A stretch of DNA of 64,000 nucleotides from an uncultured Gemmatimonadaceae bacterium (GCA_963740355.1 CAVUDW010000002.1:2400001-2464000), one strand, 5' to 3'. Positions 41,215-52,587 are shown, numbered from the stretch's first letter. Program-made: numbers and translations. Notes: a model not told the origin generated them from the letters alone.

Positions 41215-43127
41215 TACTTGTAGCTCCGCTGGCTGAGCTGCACGCTTTCGAACGTGAGGGGTTCCACGAGACGTGTCGGAGTCGATGTCTCGCCGTTGTA
41301 TTGCCAGGCAGCGACGTGCGCAAACTTCTCGTCATTGCGCAATGCCTCGCCATCCGGCGTCTGATATTCCGTACGGAAGTGCCCGCCGCAGCTTTCTTCG
41401 CGCTCGAGTGCGTCGCGGCACATCAGTTCACCCAGCTCCATGAAGTCAGCGATGCGATTCGCCTTCTCCAGCGCCTGATTGAGGTCGGCATCGCTGCCGG
41501 GCACGTTGACGTTCTTCCAGAACTCTTCCTTCAGCGCGCCGATATCCTGGATGGCCGATGTGAGGGAGGCGGTGTTTCGTGCCATGCCGCACTTCTCCCA
41601 CATGATCTTGCCAAGGTCGCGATGGAAGCTGTCGGCGGCACGCTTGCCCTTGATGCCGATGAGCTGCTTCATGCGATCGTTGGCACTCGCCTCGGCGGCG
41701 CGCACTTCCGGGTGATCGAGCGTGACCGGCGCGAGCTTGGCCTGCGCGAGATAGTCGCCGATGGTCACTGGAATCACGAAATATCCGTCGGCCAGTCCCT
41801 GCATGAGGGCGCTCGCCCCAAGCCGGTTTGCGCCGTGATCGGAGAAGTTCGCTTCGCCGAGCACATGCAGGCCAGGGATCGTGCTCATCAGGTTGTAGTC
41901 GACCCAGGTGCCGCCCATCGTGTAGTGCACGGCCGGGTAGATGCGCATCGGCTGCTTGTACGGATTTTCGTCCGTGATGCGCTCGTACATCTCAAAGAGG
42001 TTGCCGTAGCGCTCCGCCACGGTCTTCTCACCGAGGCGCTTGATGGAATCCGCGAAGTCGAGGTAGACACCGAGGCCGGTATCGCCCACGCCGCGGCCTT
42101 CGTCGCAGACTTCCTTCGCAGCGCGACTGGCGATGTCGCGTGGCGCAAGGTTGCCGAAGCTGGGATACTTTCGCTCGAGGAAGTAATCGCGCTCCGCTTC
42201 CGGGATATCCCGCGGATTGCGCGTGTCGCCCTTCTTGATCGGCGCCCAGCACCGGCCGTCGTTGCGCAACGACTCGGACATCAGCGTCAACTTCGACTGA
42301 TGGTCGCCGGCCTGTGGAATGCAGGTTGGATGGATCTGCGTGAAGCACGGATTGGCAAAGGCCGCGCCGCGCTTGTAGGCGCGCCAGGTTGCCGTCACGT
42401 TCGACTGCTTCGCGTTGGTGGAGAGGAAGAACACGTTCCCGTATCCGCCCGTCGCCAGCACCACTGCGTCGGCGACATGCGATGTGATCTTGCCGGTCTT
42501 GAGATCACGGGCCACGATCCCTCGCGCGACACCATCGACGAGGATCACGTCGACCATCTCGGTCAGCGTGTGCATCTCGATCGCACCCTTGCCGACCTGC
42601 TTCTCGAGCGCCTGATACGCGCCCAGCAGCAACTGCTGGCCCGTCTGTCCGCGGGCGTAGAACGTGCGGCTCACCTGCGCACCGCCGAACGAGCGGTTGG
42701 TCAGCAGGCCGCCGTACTCGCGCGCGAATGGGACGCCCTGTGCCACACACTGGTCGATGATGTTCACCGAGCACTGGGCGAGGCGGTACACGTTCGCCTC
42801 ACGCGCCCGGAAGTCACCGCCCTTGATCGTGTCGTAGAAGAGGCGCTTGATCGAGTCGCCGTCATTCTGGTAGTTCTTGGCGGCATTGATGCCGCCCTGT
42901 GCCGCGATCGAGTGGGCGCGCCGTGGCGAGTCATGGTACACGAAGCATGACACCTTGTAGCCCAGCTCGGACATCGTGGCCGCCGCCGATGCGCCGGCGA
43001 GGCCGGCACCCACGACGATCACGTGATACTTCCGCTTATTGGCCGGGTTCACGAGCTTCATGTTGAAGCGGTGTGCATCCCACTTCTGCTCGAGTGGACC
43101 CGACGGGATCTTGGACTTCAGTTCCAT
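41214..43127 (-). CDS. sdhA: Succinate dehydrogenase/fumarate reductase flavoprotein
   Basis: [18 protein letters not shown] (FAD His), QIHPT, HYTMGG, HGANRLG. Confidence 0.96.
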   Translation of the reverse strand: MELKSKIPSGPLEQKWDAHRFNMKLVNPANKRKYHVIVVGAGLAGASAAATMSELGYKVSCFVYHDSPRRAHSIAAQGGINAAKNYQNDGDSIKRLFYDTIKGGDFRAREANVYRLAQCSVNIIDQCVAQGVPFAREYGGLLTNRSFGGAQVSRTFYARGQTGQQLLLGAYQALEKQVGKGAIEMHTLTEMVDVILVDGVARGIVARDLKTGKITSHVADAVVLATGGYGNVFFLSTNAKQSNVTATWRAYKRGAAFANPCFTQIHPTCIPQAGDHQSKLTLMSESLRNDGRCWAPIKKGDTRNPRDIPEAERDYFLERKYPSFGNLAPRDIASRAAKEVCDEGRGVGDTGLGVYLDFADSIKRLGEKTVAERYGNLFEMYERITDENPYKQPMRIYPAVHYTMGGTWVDYNLMSTIPGLHVLGEANFSDHGANRLGASALMQGLADGYFVIPVTIGDYLAQAKLAPVTLDHPEVRAAEASANDRMKQLIGIKGKRAADSFHRDLGKIMWEKCGMARNTASLTSAIQDIGALKEEFWKNVNVPGSDADLNQALEKANRIADFMELGELMCRDALEREESCGGHFRTEYQTPDGEALRNDEKFAHVAAWQYNGETSTPTRLVEPLTFESVQLSQRSYK

Positions 43128-43143
43128 ATGCTGTTGCGCCCGA

Positions 43144-43803
43144 CTACTTGAGAACGCCGAGAAGGAAGGCCAGCGGGATGACCGCGAACCCGAGAGAGAT
43201 CACGATCGCCAGCACGACGGGCAGGTATCGCTTGAGCGGATGAGCACTCTGCTTGGCGAGGCCAAGGGTGCGCATCGAACTCCAGGCGCCATGGTACAGG
43301 TGCATGCCGAGGGCGACCATGGCGACGAGATAGAACACCGCGACCCACTTCACCGCAAAGCCAGTCACCAGGTTCTGGTAGATCTTGCCCTCGACGAAGT
43401 CGGGATGCACCGAGCCGATGGTGAAGTGCAGGATGTGGAAGACGATGAACACGAGCAGCAAAACGCCGCCCCATCGCAACGTCCGCGACGCCAGCGTGCT
43501 GACCTGCGGCTTCCGCGTCGCGTAATCGACGGGTCGCGCCGCGCGCGACAACATCGTGAGCTGGTAGGCGGCGGTCACGTGCAGGATGACCGCGGCGATC
43601 AGTACCACGCGTGCAAGCAGCACGATTTCGTGCAGCGGTCCGTGCAACAGTGCGCCATATGCATCGATCTTCTCAGCGCCTGAGAAGACCTGCAGGTTCC
43701 CCGCCATGTGGCCGATCACGAACCCCAGGCCGATCAGGCCCGTCACGCCCATCACCACCTTCTTGCCAATGGTGGAGCGCCAGAACGTCAACACCGTGTT
43801 CAT
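43144..43803 (-). CDS. sdhC: Succinate dehydrogenase cytochrome b558 subunit (single-anchor type)
   Basis: [13 protein letters not shown], five TM segments with His candidates (GHMAGN, ILHV, FHILH, MHLYHG). Confidence 0.9.
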   Translation of the reverse strand: MNTVLTFWRSTIGKKVVMGVTGLIGLGFVIGHMAGNLQVFSGAEKIDAYGALLHGPLHEIVLLARVVLIAAVILHVTAAYQLTMLSRAARPVDYATRKPQVSTLASRTLRWGGVLLLVFIVFHILHFTIGSVHPDFVEGKIYQNLVTGFAVKWVAVFYLVAMVALGMHLYHGAWSSMRTLGLAKQSAHPLKRYLPVVLAIVISLGFAVIPLAFLLGVLK

Positions 43804-43884
43804 CGAGCAGAATGCTCCGAAACTGGGTCAGAATGGTCGATCGGCGGATCAGGCTCGATGCCCGACCCGCCGGTCGAAGAATGC

Positions 43885-44814
43885 TCAGATCGTGAGCGCT
43901 GCCATCGGTTCGCGGACCGCCTGTGCACTCTTCTCGAGTGCCGCTCGCTCATCCGCAGAGAGCTCCACCTCGATCACCTTCTCCAGCCCGTTGCGGCCGA
44001 GCTTGCACGGCACGCCAAGGTAGAGTCCGGACATTCCATATTCACCCTCGAGCCACGCGGCACACGGCAGGATGCGCTTCTGGTCGTTGACGATCGCCTC
44101 GACCATCTGCACCGCGCCGGCCGATGGCGCGTAGTACGCGGAGCCGGTCTTGAGGTACTTCACGATTTCGGCACCGCCATCGCGCGTGCGCTGCACGATG
44201 GCATCGAGCGTCGGCTTGTCGAGCAGCTGCGTGACAGGAATGCCGCTGACCGACGTGTAGCTGACCAGCGGCACCATCGTGTCGCCGTGGCCGCCAAGAA
44301 CCATCGCGCGGATGTCCTTCACCGACACATCCATCGCCATCGCCAGGAAGGCGCAATAACGCGCCGTGTCGAGGACGCCGGCCATGCCGATGACGCGCTC
44401 GCGCGGGAACCCTGTCACCTGCTTCGCGACGTAGCACATCACGTCGAGCGGGTTCGAGACAACGATCACGATCGCGTTCGGCGACGTACGCTTCACCTGT
44501 TCGCACACCGCCTTCATGATGCCGGCGTTGGTGTTGACGAGGTCGTCGCGAGACATGCCCGGCTTGCGCGGGATGCCGGCCGTGATGACGACGATGTCGC
44601 TTCCGGCCGATTCGTCGTACCCGTTGCTGCCGATGACGAGAGAGTCGAAGCCCTCGATCGGCGCACTCTGATATTGGTCGAGTCCCTTCCCCTGCGGGAC
44701 TCCCTCGGCGACGTCCACCATCACTACATGGCGCGCCAGTTCCTTCTCGGCAATGCGCTGGGCGGCGGTTGCACCGACATTGCCGGCGCCAACAACCGTG
44801 ATCTTGTTCACCAT
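43885..44814 (-). CDS. mdh: Malate dehydrogenase (LDH-like)
   Basis: [32 protein letters not shown]. Confidence 0.96.
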   Translation of the reverse strand: MVNKITVVGAGNVGATAAQRIAEKELARHVVMVDVAEGVPQGKGLDQYQSAPIEGFDSLVIGSNGYDESAGSDIVVITAGIPRKPGMSRDDLVNTNAGIMKAVCEQVKRTSPNAIVIVVSNPLDVMCYVAKQVTGFPRERVIGMAGVLDTARYCAFLAMAMDVSVKDIRAMVLGGHGDTMVPLVSYTSVSGIPVTQLLDKPTLDAIVQRTRDGGAEIVKYLKTGSAYYAPSAGAVQMVEAIVNDQKRILPCAAWLEGEYGMSGLYLGVPCKLGRNGLEKVIEVELSADERAALEKSAQAVREPMAALTI

Positions 44815-44895
44815 TTCGTCAGTCGATCTGAGAGGTATGCGTCAGTCGCATCACACAGCCGATGCGGGTAACCATCACTATCGAGTATCGACGGA

Positions 44896-44924
44896 AACCT
44901 AGGCGAGCGCACCATTCCCGACAA
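44896..44924 (-). promoter_or_regulatory. Candidate sigma70 promoter of mdh-sdhCAB (TTGTCG-N17-TAGGTT)
   Basis: -35 at 44919-44924, -10 at 44896-44901. Confidence 0.5.
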
Positions 44925-44941
44925 CGACAACCCTTGCGACG

Positions 44942-45928
44942 CTAACCCCCGACCTGGCTCAGCGCTCGGAGCCCACCCACCTGCATCTGGAGCAGCGCAT
45001 GCTCCTTGGGCTTGCCGGCGAGCGCCTCGCGGAAGAGCGGCTCGAGCGGGGTTCCGGCGCGCAACGCATCGCGCAGGTTCACTTCGTGGTCGCCGAACAG
45101 GCAGGTGCGGAGCCGTCCGTCGGCCGTCAAGCGGACGCGGTTGCAGGTGCCACAGTAGGTGTGTGTCATCGGGGTGATCACACCCACCGAGCCCGGCGCG
45201 CCAGGGTAGCGGTAGTAGGTGGCCGGCCCGTTGCCGCGCGTGGGGCCCTCGTCCGCGCTGAGCGCATCGACGGAGGCGATCCGGTCGAGGATTTCGGCGG
45301 TCGGCACGACGTGGTCCCAGGTCAGCGCCTGCATGTCACCGACGGGCATCAGCTCGATGAAGCGGACATGCCACGGATGGTCCAGGGTGAGGCGCGCGAA
45401 GTCCGTCACCTCGTCATCGTTCACGCCGCGCATCACGACCACGTTGATCTTGATGGGTGCGATACCTGCGGCTTCGGCCGCGAGCAACGACGTGACGGGG
45501 TCAAATGACAGGTTCTTCCGTGCGATCGCCACGATGCGATCGGCGCGCAGACTGTCGGCACTCATGTTGAGGCGATCGAGGCCCGCGTCGCGCAGCGGCT
45601 GCGCCAGTTCGGGCATACGTACGCCATTCGTTGAGAGCGCGATATCCTCCACACCAGGCACCGCGCGCAGCTGGCGCACGAGTGACGTCAGTTCCGGACG
45701 AATCGTGGGTTCGCCGCCGGTCAGGCGGATGCGACGAAGCCCGAGTGGCGCGAGCTGCTGCACGACCGCTGTGATCTCCTCATAGGAGAGGATGTCCGCC
45801 TTCGGGAGCCACGGCAGCCCTTCGAGGGGCATGCAGTACGTGCACCGGAAATTGCACCGGTCAGTCACGGAGATGCGGAGATACTCGATGCTGCGTCCGA
45901 ACTGGTCGGTGAGCGTGACGTTGCTCAT
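44942..45928 (-). CDS. moaA: GTP 3',8-cyclase
   Basis: YLRISVTDRCNFRCTYCMP, TGGEP, CGTCNRVR...CL, C-terminal GG. Confidence 0.97.
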   Translation of the reverse strand: MSNVTLTDQFGRSIEYLRISVTDRCNFRCTYCMPLEGLPWLPKADILSYEEITAVVQQLAPLGLRRIRLTGGEPTIRPELTSLVRQLRAVPGVEDIALSTNGVRMPELAQPLRDAGLDRLNMSADSLRADRIVAIARKNLSFDPVTSLLAAEAAGIAPIKINVVVMRGVNDDEVTDFARLTLDHPWHVRFIELMPVGDMQALTWDHVVPTAEILDRIASVDALSADEGPTRGNGPATYYRYPGAPGSVGVITPMTHTYCGTCNRVRLTADGRLRTCLFGDHEVNLRDALRAGTPLEPLFREALAGKPKEHALLQMQVGGLRALSQVGG

Positions 45929-46368
45929 GACGTCGTGACCTCGACGCGCATTGCGGTCGGGTCGACCCAATGCCAGTCGCCCTCCACATAATGCTCGCGC
46001 TTCCAGATCGGGACTCGGCGCTTCAGCTCCTCGATGATGAAGCGGGATGCTTCCATCGCAGGCGCGCGACGCGCATGCGCAACTGCGATCGCCACGCTGA
46101 TCTCCTCGAGCATCAACAACCCCACGCGATGTTCGATCACGAGATTGACATTCTCAAATTTTTCGGCCGCCTCGCTCGCAATCCGGCCAAGTTCCTCCAA
46201 CGCCATCGCCGTGTACGCGGAATATTCGATGCCGGTCACGGCGCGCCCCTCGTTCACGTTGCGCACGGTACCGACGAAGAGCGTCGTTGCGCCGGTGGCT
46301 GGCGTGGTGACTTCAGCGAGGAGCGCGGCGGCGTCGATCGGGCCGTCGAGGATGGCAGTTCTGATCAT
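45925..46368 (-). CDS. moaE: Molybdopterin synthase catalytic subunit
   Basis: GATTLFVGTVR, HRVG, ELKRRVPIWKRE. Confidence 0.95.
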   Translation of the reverse strand: MIRTAILDGPIDAAALLAEVTTPATGATTLFVGTVRNVNEGRAVTGIEYSAYTAMALEELGRIASEAAEKFENVNLVIEHRVGLLMLEEISVAIAVAHARRAPAMEASRFIIEELKRRVPIWKREHYVEGDWHWVDPTAMRVEVTTS

Positions 46369-46610
46369 CCGCCAGCGACCGGCGGAATGAGGGCGATCTC
46401 CTGACCAGCTTGCACGGGCACGGCGCCGCGGGTGTATCGCCGATCGACGGCAACCACCGGCGACGCCGGGAGCACGTCACCACCTGGCAGCGCGCGCAGC
46501 GCTACCACCACGTCCGCAACAGTAGCCGGCTCCGCCACCGTGACGGTCACGGTACTGGCGCCGAAGGCGTCGGCGTACGAAGCGAAGAGGAGGACGTCCA
46601 GTTGGGTCAT
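46365..46610 (-). CDS. moaD: Molybdopterin synthase sulfur carrier subunit
   Basis: 81 aa ending IPPVAGG; upstream of moaE. Confidence 0.93.
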   Translation of the reverse strand: MTQLDVLLFASYADAFGASTVTVTVAEPATVADVVVALRALPGGDVLPASPVVAVDRRYTRGAVPVQAGQEIALIPPVAGG

Positions 46611-46679
46611 GTGAGTTGTCGGTGAGACTCCCCAAGATAGCGGAGGCCGACGGTGAACGTTCCCGAAGCGATGGACGGA

Positions 46680-46711
46680 AACGACTGCGGGGCGCTGTGG
46701 CAGCGCCCCGC
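46680..46711 (-). terminator. Probable terminator after the ihf/hup gene
   Basis: Perfect 11-bp stem gcggggcgctg / cagcgccccgc (46687-46711) followed by AGTCGTTT on the minus strand. Confidence 0.55.
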
Positions 46712-46751
46712 GAAACGCGCGACGGCGCGTATGTGCATGTACGACTTGAAC

Positions 46752-47096
46752 TTACTCGTCGAAATCGTCGTCGTCGTCGGCAAACCCACCCTCGGGCACC
46801 TCTTCGCCGGCCACCATCGCTCGCAGCTCTTTCGACGGCTTGAACACCGGCACCGGCCGGGCAGAGACTTCGACTGGCTCACCCGTCCGCGGGTTGCGCG
46901 CCATGCGCGTCTTCCGCTGACGAATCTTGAAAGTCCCGAAGCCGCGCACCTCGATGTTCTTCTGGTCCTTCATCGCGTCCTTGATGGCGTCGAGAAACGC
47001 ATCCACGACACGGGCACAATCCTTCTTGGAAATCAGCGGGCCAGCCGTGCGAGAAATCTGCTCGGTGACACGCTCAACCAGATCGGCTTTCGTCAT
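46752..47096 (-). CDS. HU/IHF family DNA-binding protein (IHF-beta-like) with acidic tail
   Basis: MTKADLV, IEVRGFGTF, ARNPRTG, PVFKPSKEL. Confidence 0.93.
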   Translation of the reverse strand: MTKADLVERVTEQISRTAGPLISKKDCARVVDAFLDAIKDAMKDQKNIEVRGFGTFKIRQRKTRMARNPRTGEPVEVSARPVPVFKPSKELRAMVAGEEVPEGGFADDDDDFDE

Positions 47097-47144
47097 GGAC
47101 GCCCTCAAGGAGTCAACTCCCGGTTACCACCGGGCTCGGGCGCG

Positions 47145-47174
47145 AAGCTAGCCACGTAGAGTGTTGTCAGTCAA
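47145..47174 (-). promoter_or_regulatory. Candidate sigma70 promoter for the HU/IHF gene (TTGACT-N18-TAGCTT)
   Basis: -35 at 47169-47174, -10 at 47145-47150. Confidence 0.45.
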
Positions 47175-47188
47175 GAGGTTGCCCAACT

Positions 47189-48319
47189 TTACGCGCGCCC
47201 ACGAAGGGTGGCCATGAACTCATGGAACACCGGGCGGGCATCATGCGGACCAGGCGCAGCCTCTGGATGGTACTGCACGGAGAAGACTGGCAGCGTGCGG
47301 TGGCGCAGGCCTTCGATGGTGCCGTCGTTGAGATTGACGTGCGTGACCTGCAGGTCAGTCGACCCCGCCACGCCCTCTGCGCTGCCAGCGACCGAGAACC
47401 CATGGTTCTGCGACGTGATCAGAACCTTGCCGGTCGCGAGCTCCTTCACCGGCTGGTTTCCCCCTCGGTGCCCAAACGGCATCTTCTCCGTGTGGCCGCC
47501 AAAGGTAAGCCCGATCAGCTGGTGCCCCAGGCAAATCCCGAACAGCGGCGTGCCGGACTCAGCCACACCGCGAATCATCGCAGGCGCGTAGCTCACGGCG
47601 GCCGGATCGCCGGGACCGTTCGAGAGGAAGACGCCGTCCGGCTTTTGCGCCAGAATCTCCTCCGAGGTCGTCGTGGCGGGGACGACGGTCACCTTGCAGC
47701 CTTCATCGGAGAACAGGCGGAGCATGTTCTCCTTGATGCCGAAGTCGACGGCAACGATGTGGTGCGCGGTATTCTCGGCGCCGTAGACGTAGCTCGACTG
47801 CGTCGCAGCCGTCGTGGCCAGGTCCGCGCCTTCCATACGTGGAGCCGCCTCCAGCGCGGCTCGCGCCGCCGCCGAAGGCTCCTCACCCACGCAGATCACG
47901 CCGAGCATCACGCCTGCGCTGCGCAGATGGCGCGTCAAGCGACGCGTGTCAACACCCTGGAGGGCTGGCACCCGCGCCGCGGCCAACCACGAGGGCAGGT
48001 CTCCCGTCGCGCGCCAGTTCGAATACGTCCGCGACATCTCGCGCACCACGACACCCGAAACCTGCACCTTGCCGCTTTCGGGGTCTTCGGTATTCACACC
48101 GTAGTTCCCGATCTGCGGGGTGGTCATCACCACGATCTGCCCGTTGTACGAGGGATCCGTGAAGACCTCCTGGTACCCGGTCATGTTGGTCGTGAAGACG
48201 ACCTCGGCGACCGTCGGAACGGTGTCGGCGTTGACCATGCCCCTGAACGTCGAACCGTCCTCGAGGAGCAATACCCCGGGGACGGTGTCGAGCGAGAGCG
48301 GTGCGGCGTCGCTGCTCAC
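47189..48319 (-). CDS. carA: Carbamoyl-phosphate synthase small subunit
   Basis: LLLEDG, MTGYQEVFTDPSY, SNGPGDP, GICLGHQ, QYHPEAAPGP; GTG overlapping the secG stop. Confidence 0.96.
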   Translation of the reverse strand: MSSDAAPLSLDTVPGVLLLEDGSTFRGMVNADTVPTVAEVVFTTNMTGYQEVFTDPSYNGQIVVMTTPQIGNYGVNTEDPESGKVQVSGVVVREMSRTYSNWRATGDLPSWLAAARVPALQGVDTRRLTRHLRSAGVMLGVICVGEEPSAAARAALEAAPRMEGADLATTAATQSSYVYGAENTAHHIVAVDFGIKENMLRLFSDEGCKVTVVPATTTSEEILAQKPDGVFLSNGPGDPAAVSYAPAMIRGVAESGTPLFGICLGHQLIGLTFGGHTEKMPFGHRGGNQPVKELATGKVLITSQNHGFSVAGSAEGVAGSTDLQVTHVNLNDGTIEGLRHRTLPVFSVQYHPEAAPGPHDARPVFHEFMATLRGRA

Positions 48320-48729
48320 TTCTTGGCGGGTGCGGGCGCGGCAGGGGCCTGCGCGGCTGGGGCAGCAGGCGTAAGCGGAAGGGCGGTCCCTGCCGGCTTG
48401 GTGCCGGGGGCCGGCGTTCCGGCGGCCGGTGCCGACGGCGCCGCTGGAGCGGGCGTCGAGAAGGCGTTGTCGAGCACCGACTTCGGCGCCCGCTGCCGCG
48501 TCGTCAGCAGCTGCAGCACGAGCGAGAGGAACAGAAACGCGCCACCGCCCCACCAGCTGATCTTCGTCAGCAGATTGCCTGCCTGCCGCGTGCCGATGAC
48601 GGCGTCAGCAGACGATGTCGCGCCACCGAAGTTGGCGGCCATGCCACCGCCCTTGCCGGACTGCAGCAGGATGGCGGCGATCAGGACGAGGCTGATCAGG
48701 ATCAGGATGACGAGCAGGAACGTGTACAT
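48316..48729 (-). CDS. secG: Preprotein translocase subunit SecG
   Basis: ILLQSGKGGGMAANFGG, NLLTKIS; two TMs; Pro/Ala tail; follows tpiA. Confidence 0.93.
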   Translation of the reverse strand: MYTFLLVILILISLVLIAAILLQSGKGGGMAANFGGATSSADAVIGTRQAGNLLTKISWWGGGAFLFLSLVLQLLTTRQRAPKSVLDNAFSTPAPAAPSAPAAGTPAPGTKPAGTALPLTPAAPAAQAPAAPAPAKK

Positions 48730-48799
48730 CGGATCGGATGGGTCGGAGACGTCTCTTCTCTGAACTAGCCACGAAAGGAAGCGACTCCGACCCCTCGAA

Positions 48800-49549
48800 T
48801 CAAGCGCGGACGATCGCGTTCCAGCCGTCCGCGTCCAGACTCGCCCCACCGACGAGCACGCCGTCGACGTCGGGCGCCGCGAGCAGCGTGGTCGCGTTGC
48901 CACGATTCACGCTGCCCCCATAGAGAATCGGGATCCCCAGGGCTCGTTCGCCGATCGCCGTCTTGAGCGCCGCCACGATCGCGCCGTGAACCGAGCTGGC
49001 GTCGTCCGGGGTGGCCGTGCGACCCGTCCCGATGGCCCAGACGGGCTCGTAGGCGAACATCATCGAGGCGACCTGCCCCTCCTCGACCCCAGCGATTCCT
49101 GCGCGCAACTGGCGAAGGACCGTCGCTTCGGTGTTCCCGGCATCGCGCTCCGCCAGCAGTTCGCCGATGCAGAGCACCGGAGTCAGCCCCGCGCGGAACG
49201 CCGCCTTCACTTTCGCATTGCTTTCGGCATCCGTCTCACCGAACACGTGGCGACGTTCGGAATGGCCGACGAGAACGTGTGTCGCGCCAGCGTCGCGTGC
49301 CATCGGTGCCGAGTTCTCGCCGGTGAACGCGCCCTTGTCCTCGCCATGGATGTTCTGGATGCCGACTTCGAGATCGGGACGTTCGCGCACCATTTCGCTG
49401 ACGGTCGTCACCGACAGCGCGTTCGGAAAGAACAGCACCTTGCGGTCGTGCTGCCGTGGGTAATGCGCGAGGAAGCTCTTGATGAAGGCCCGGGCATCGC
49501 TCGGACCGTGGTGCATTTTCCAGTTGGCAGCAAAGATCGGCAGCTTCAA
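48800..49549 (-). CDS. tpiA: Triosephosphate isomerase
   Basis: [36 protein letters not shown] start. Confidence 0.97.
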   Translation of the reverse strand: MKLPIFAANWKMHHGPSDARAFIKSFLAHYPRQHDRKVLFFPNALSVTTVSEMVRERPDLEVGIQNIHGEDKGAFTGENSAPMARDAGATHVLVGHSERRHVFGETDAESNAKVKAAFRAGLTPVLCIGELLAERDAGNTEATVLRQLRAGIAGVEEGQVASMMFAYEPVWAIGTGRTATPDDASSVHGAIVAALKTAIGERALGIPILYGGSVNRGNATTLLAAPDVDGVLVGGASLDADGWNAIVRA

Positions 49550-50755
49550 GCGGTCCCCTTGTCGTCGAGTGCGGCCACGCCAGGGAGTTCCTTGCCTTCG
49601 AGAAATTCGAGGCTGGCTCCGCCACCCGTGGACACGTGGCTCATCATGTCGCCCAGCCCTGCTTCCACGACGGCCGCTGCGGAATCACCGCCGCCGACAA
49701 TCGTGATGGCTCCCTTCCCCGTGGCGGCAGCCATCGCCGTCGCCACGGCACGCGTGCCGGCGTCGAACGGTGGCTTCTCGAACACACCCATCGGACCGTT
49801 CCACAACACCGTCTTCGCCGACAGGATCGCGCGCGCATAACTCTGCGCCGAATCGGGGCCGATGTCGAGCATCGCCTCGCCCGCGGGAATCGCATCACGC
49901 TTGACCGCGTGCGCCGTCTTCGGTTGGTCCATGCCCTTGGCGACCGTCGCATCGTGCGGCAGGATCAACAGGCTGCCAGCGCGCTCGATGAGATCCTTCG
50001 CCATCTCGACGCGATCCGGTTCGACCAGCGACGTGCCGGTCTCGAACCCAAGCGCCTTGTAGAACGTGCACGCCATCGCGCCGCCGATCAACAACGCGTC
50101 CACCTTCGGCAACAGCGCTTCGACGACGTCGATCTTGCCCGAAATCTTCGAGCCGCCAAGAATTGCAACGAAGGGGCGCTTGGGATCGTCGAGCGCACCG
50201 CCGAGGTACGACAGCTCGCTCTCCATCAACAGCCCTGCCACGGCCGGTCGCAGGTACTTCGCGATGCCTGCGGTGGACGCATGCGCGCGATGTGCACTGC
50301 CAAAGGCATCATTCACGTACAGGTCGCCGAGCGTCGCCAGTCGCTGGGCGAGCGCGTCGTCATTCTTTTCCTCGCCGGGCAGGAAGCGCGTGTTCTCCAT
50401 CAGGAGCACGGCACCGTCGGCCAGCGCATTGGTGGCGGCGACCGCCGCTGCGTCATCGGTCGTCGCGCAGAACGAGACGTCGACGCCCGGCAGGACGCCC
50501 TTCAGTGCAGGCACCACAGCCGCCAGCGTGTACTTCGCATCCGGTGCACCTTTCGGTCGGCCAAGATGCGAGAGCAACACGACGCGCGCGCCATGGCTGC
50601 GCAGCAACTGGATCGTCGGCACGGCCGCGCGGAGGCGTGTGTCGTCACTGACGCGCGCCGGTGTCGTCGAACGGCACGTTGAAATCGACGCGCACGACGA
50701 CACGACGCCCGCGCAATTGCGCGGGCGCCAGATCCTTCACGGAACGCTTTTCCAT
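49546..50755 (-). CDS. pgk: Phosphoglycerate kinase, interrupted by a 1-nt frameshift near 50651-50660 (probable sequence error, or pseudogene)
   Basis: ATG at 50755 gives MEKRSVKDL...[12 protein letters not shown], then stops at 50645-50647. The rest ([30 protein letters not shown]) is in another frame. Span 1210 nt = 3n+1. Confidence 0.92.
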
Positions 50756-51768
50756 CAGGCGAGCTTGCTGCCGACGAACTGCAGCAGGTCGACGCAGCGG
50801 CTCGAGTAGCCCCACTCGTTGTCGTACCAGCCCGACAGCTTGACCATCGTCTTGTCGATGACGTTGGTGCTCTTCGAGTCGATCGTGCAGGAGAAGGGAT
50901 TGCCGATGTAGTCGACGCTCACGAGTTCGACCGTGCTGTAGTCGAGGATGCCCTTCAGCGGGCCGTCCTTGGCGGCGGCGATGAAGGCCGCGTTGACTTC
51001 CTCGATCGTGGTGGCGCGCTCGACCTCGACCGTCAGCTCGGTGAGCGAGACGTCCGGCGTCGGGACGCGAATCGAGATGCCGTCGATCAGGCCCTTGACC
51101 TCGGGAATCACCAGGGCCGTCGCCTTCGCAGCACCGGTGGTGGTCGGGATCATCGACAGCCCGGCCGCGCGGGCGCGGCGCTTGTCCTTGTGCGGCAGGT
51201 CGAGGATCTGCTGATCGTTGGTGTAGCTGTGGATCGTGACCATCGCGCCATGCTTGAAGCCGAAATTGTCGCGTACGACCTTCACCATCGGCACCAGGCA
51301 GTTGGTCGTGCAGCTGGCGTTCGAGATGATGTTGTGGGCGGCTGCATCGTACTTCTGGTGGTTGACGCCCATCACGATCGTAATGTCTTCACCGGTGGCC
51401 GGCGCCGAGATGATGACCTTCTTCGCGCCGGCGCCGATGTGCTTCCGCGCCTTCTCGGCGTCGGTGAAGATGCCGGTCGACTCGAGCACGATGTCGGCGC
51501 CGACGGCGGCCCACGGCAGGTTCGCCGGGTCGCGCTCGGCGGTGATCTTGATTTCGTCACCATCGACGATGATTGCGCCTTCCTTTGCGCTCACTTCACC
51601 CTGATAGGTGCCGTGCACGGAGTCGTACTTGAACAGGTGCGCCAGCATGGCCGTATCGGTCAGGTCGTTGATGCCGACGAAATCGATGGCGGCGCCAGAC
51701 TTCTTGGCTGCGCGCAGGACGTTTCGTCCGATACGACCGAACCCATTGATGCCGACCCGAATTGCCAT
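50755..51768 (-). CDS. gap: Glyceraldehyde-3-phosphate dehydrogenase type I
   Basis: [36 protein letters not shown]. Confidence 0.98.
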   Translation of the reverse strand: MAIRVGINGFGRIGRNVLRAAKKSGAAIDFVGINDLTDTAMLAHLFKYDSVHGTYQGEVSAKEGAIIVDGDEIKITAERDPANLPWAAVGADIVLESTGIFTDAEKARKHIGAGAKKVIISAPATGEDITIVMGVNHQKYDAAAHNIISNASCTTNCLVPMVKVVRDNFGFKHGAMVTIHSYTNDQQILDLPHKDKRRARAAGLSMIPTTTGAAKATALVIPEVKGLIDGISIRVPTPDVSLTELTVEVERATTIEEVNAAFIAAAKDGPLKGILDYSTVELVSVDYIGNPFSCTIDSKSTNVIDKTMVKLSGWYDNEWGYSSRCVDLLQFVGSKLA

Positions 51769-51772
51769 GACG

Positions 51773-52582
51773 CTACTCCAGTGGTGAACGGCGGTCGCCG
51801 ATGGCAGGCGCCCGTCCGAAGGTGACACAGCTTACGATACGTGCGCCGCCGTCCACGAGGGCGGCGGCGCACGCGACAAGTGTGGCTGCGGTGGTGACGA
51901 CATCGTCAACGAGCACGCAGTGTGCACCCTGCACGAGAGGGGCACCATCGGAAGCCACGGTGAAAGCGCGAGTTACGTTCACTACTCTCTCCCCGGGTGT
52001 CAACCGCGTCTGGCTCACGGGCATCCTCGTCCGCCGCAGGGCGTCGAGAATCGGCACCCCCCAATGTGCCGCGAGGGCTTGCGCGAGCGCGGCAGCCTGG
52101 TTGTAACCGCGCTCGCGTTCCCGCCACGGGGCGAGGGGCACCGGTACCAGCCACGCGCGTTCGCGCACCACGTCAGCGGGCCACCGCAGCCGCGACATCT
52201 CTAGGGCCATCCCGTCGGCCACGCGAGGCCAGCCATCGTACTTCAGCGCGTGCACGAGTCGACTGGCGACGCCCCCGTGTGACATCCACGCCACTGAGCG
52301 AACCGATCGCACGAAGGGTGGCAATGCGTCGCACCAGCGACAGGGATCACCAGCCTCCGCGTTGTATGCAGCGGGGTGCCCACAACGTGCGCACTGCGGA
52401 AAGGGCAGTCGTTCGACCTTGCTCCAGCACAGTCGGCAGGCCGGTCCGTGCTCGTGGCCCAATGACGCGCCGCAGAGTGCGCACACGCCCGGCAAGGCGA
52501 GTTCGAGCAGCGCCGCAGAGAATTCGAGACAACCCTGCCACGCCGCAGCCAGTGGAGACCGTGCCGCCATTGGGCGCAACAT
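51773..52582 (-). CDS. comF: ComF family protein (double zinc ribbon + phosphoribosyltransferase)
   Basis: CALC...CRLC, CARC...[26 protein letters not shown]; start 52582 or 52570. Confidence 0.88.
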   Translation of the reverse strand: MLRPMAARSPLAAAWQGCLEFSAALLELALPGVCALCGASLGHEHGPACRLCWSKVERLPFPQCARCGHPAAYNAEAGDPCRWCDALPPFVRSVRSVAWMSHGGVASRLVHALKYDGWPRVADGMALEMSRLRWPADVVRERAWLVPVPLAPWRERERGYNQAAALAQALAAHWGVPILDALRRTRMPVSQTRLTPGERVVNVTRAFTVASDGAPLVQGAHCVLVDDVVTTAATLVACAAALVDGGARIVSCVTFGRAPAIGDRRSPLE

Positions 52583-52587
52583 CGGTG

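Noticed and set aside
46611..46751. Moco riboswitch upstream of moaD-moaE-moaA
   Set aside because: Space is occupied by a terminator-like hairpin and a -10-like box only ~25 nt from the ATG; no recognisable Moco RNA structure.
48290..48330. tRNA-Leu commonly found after secG
   Set aside because: secG stop overlaps the carA start; no cloverleaf present.
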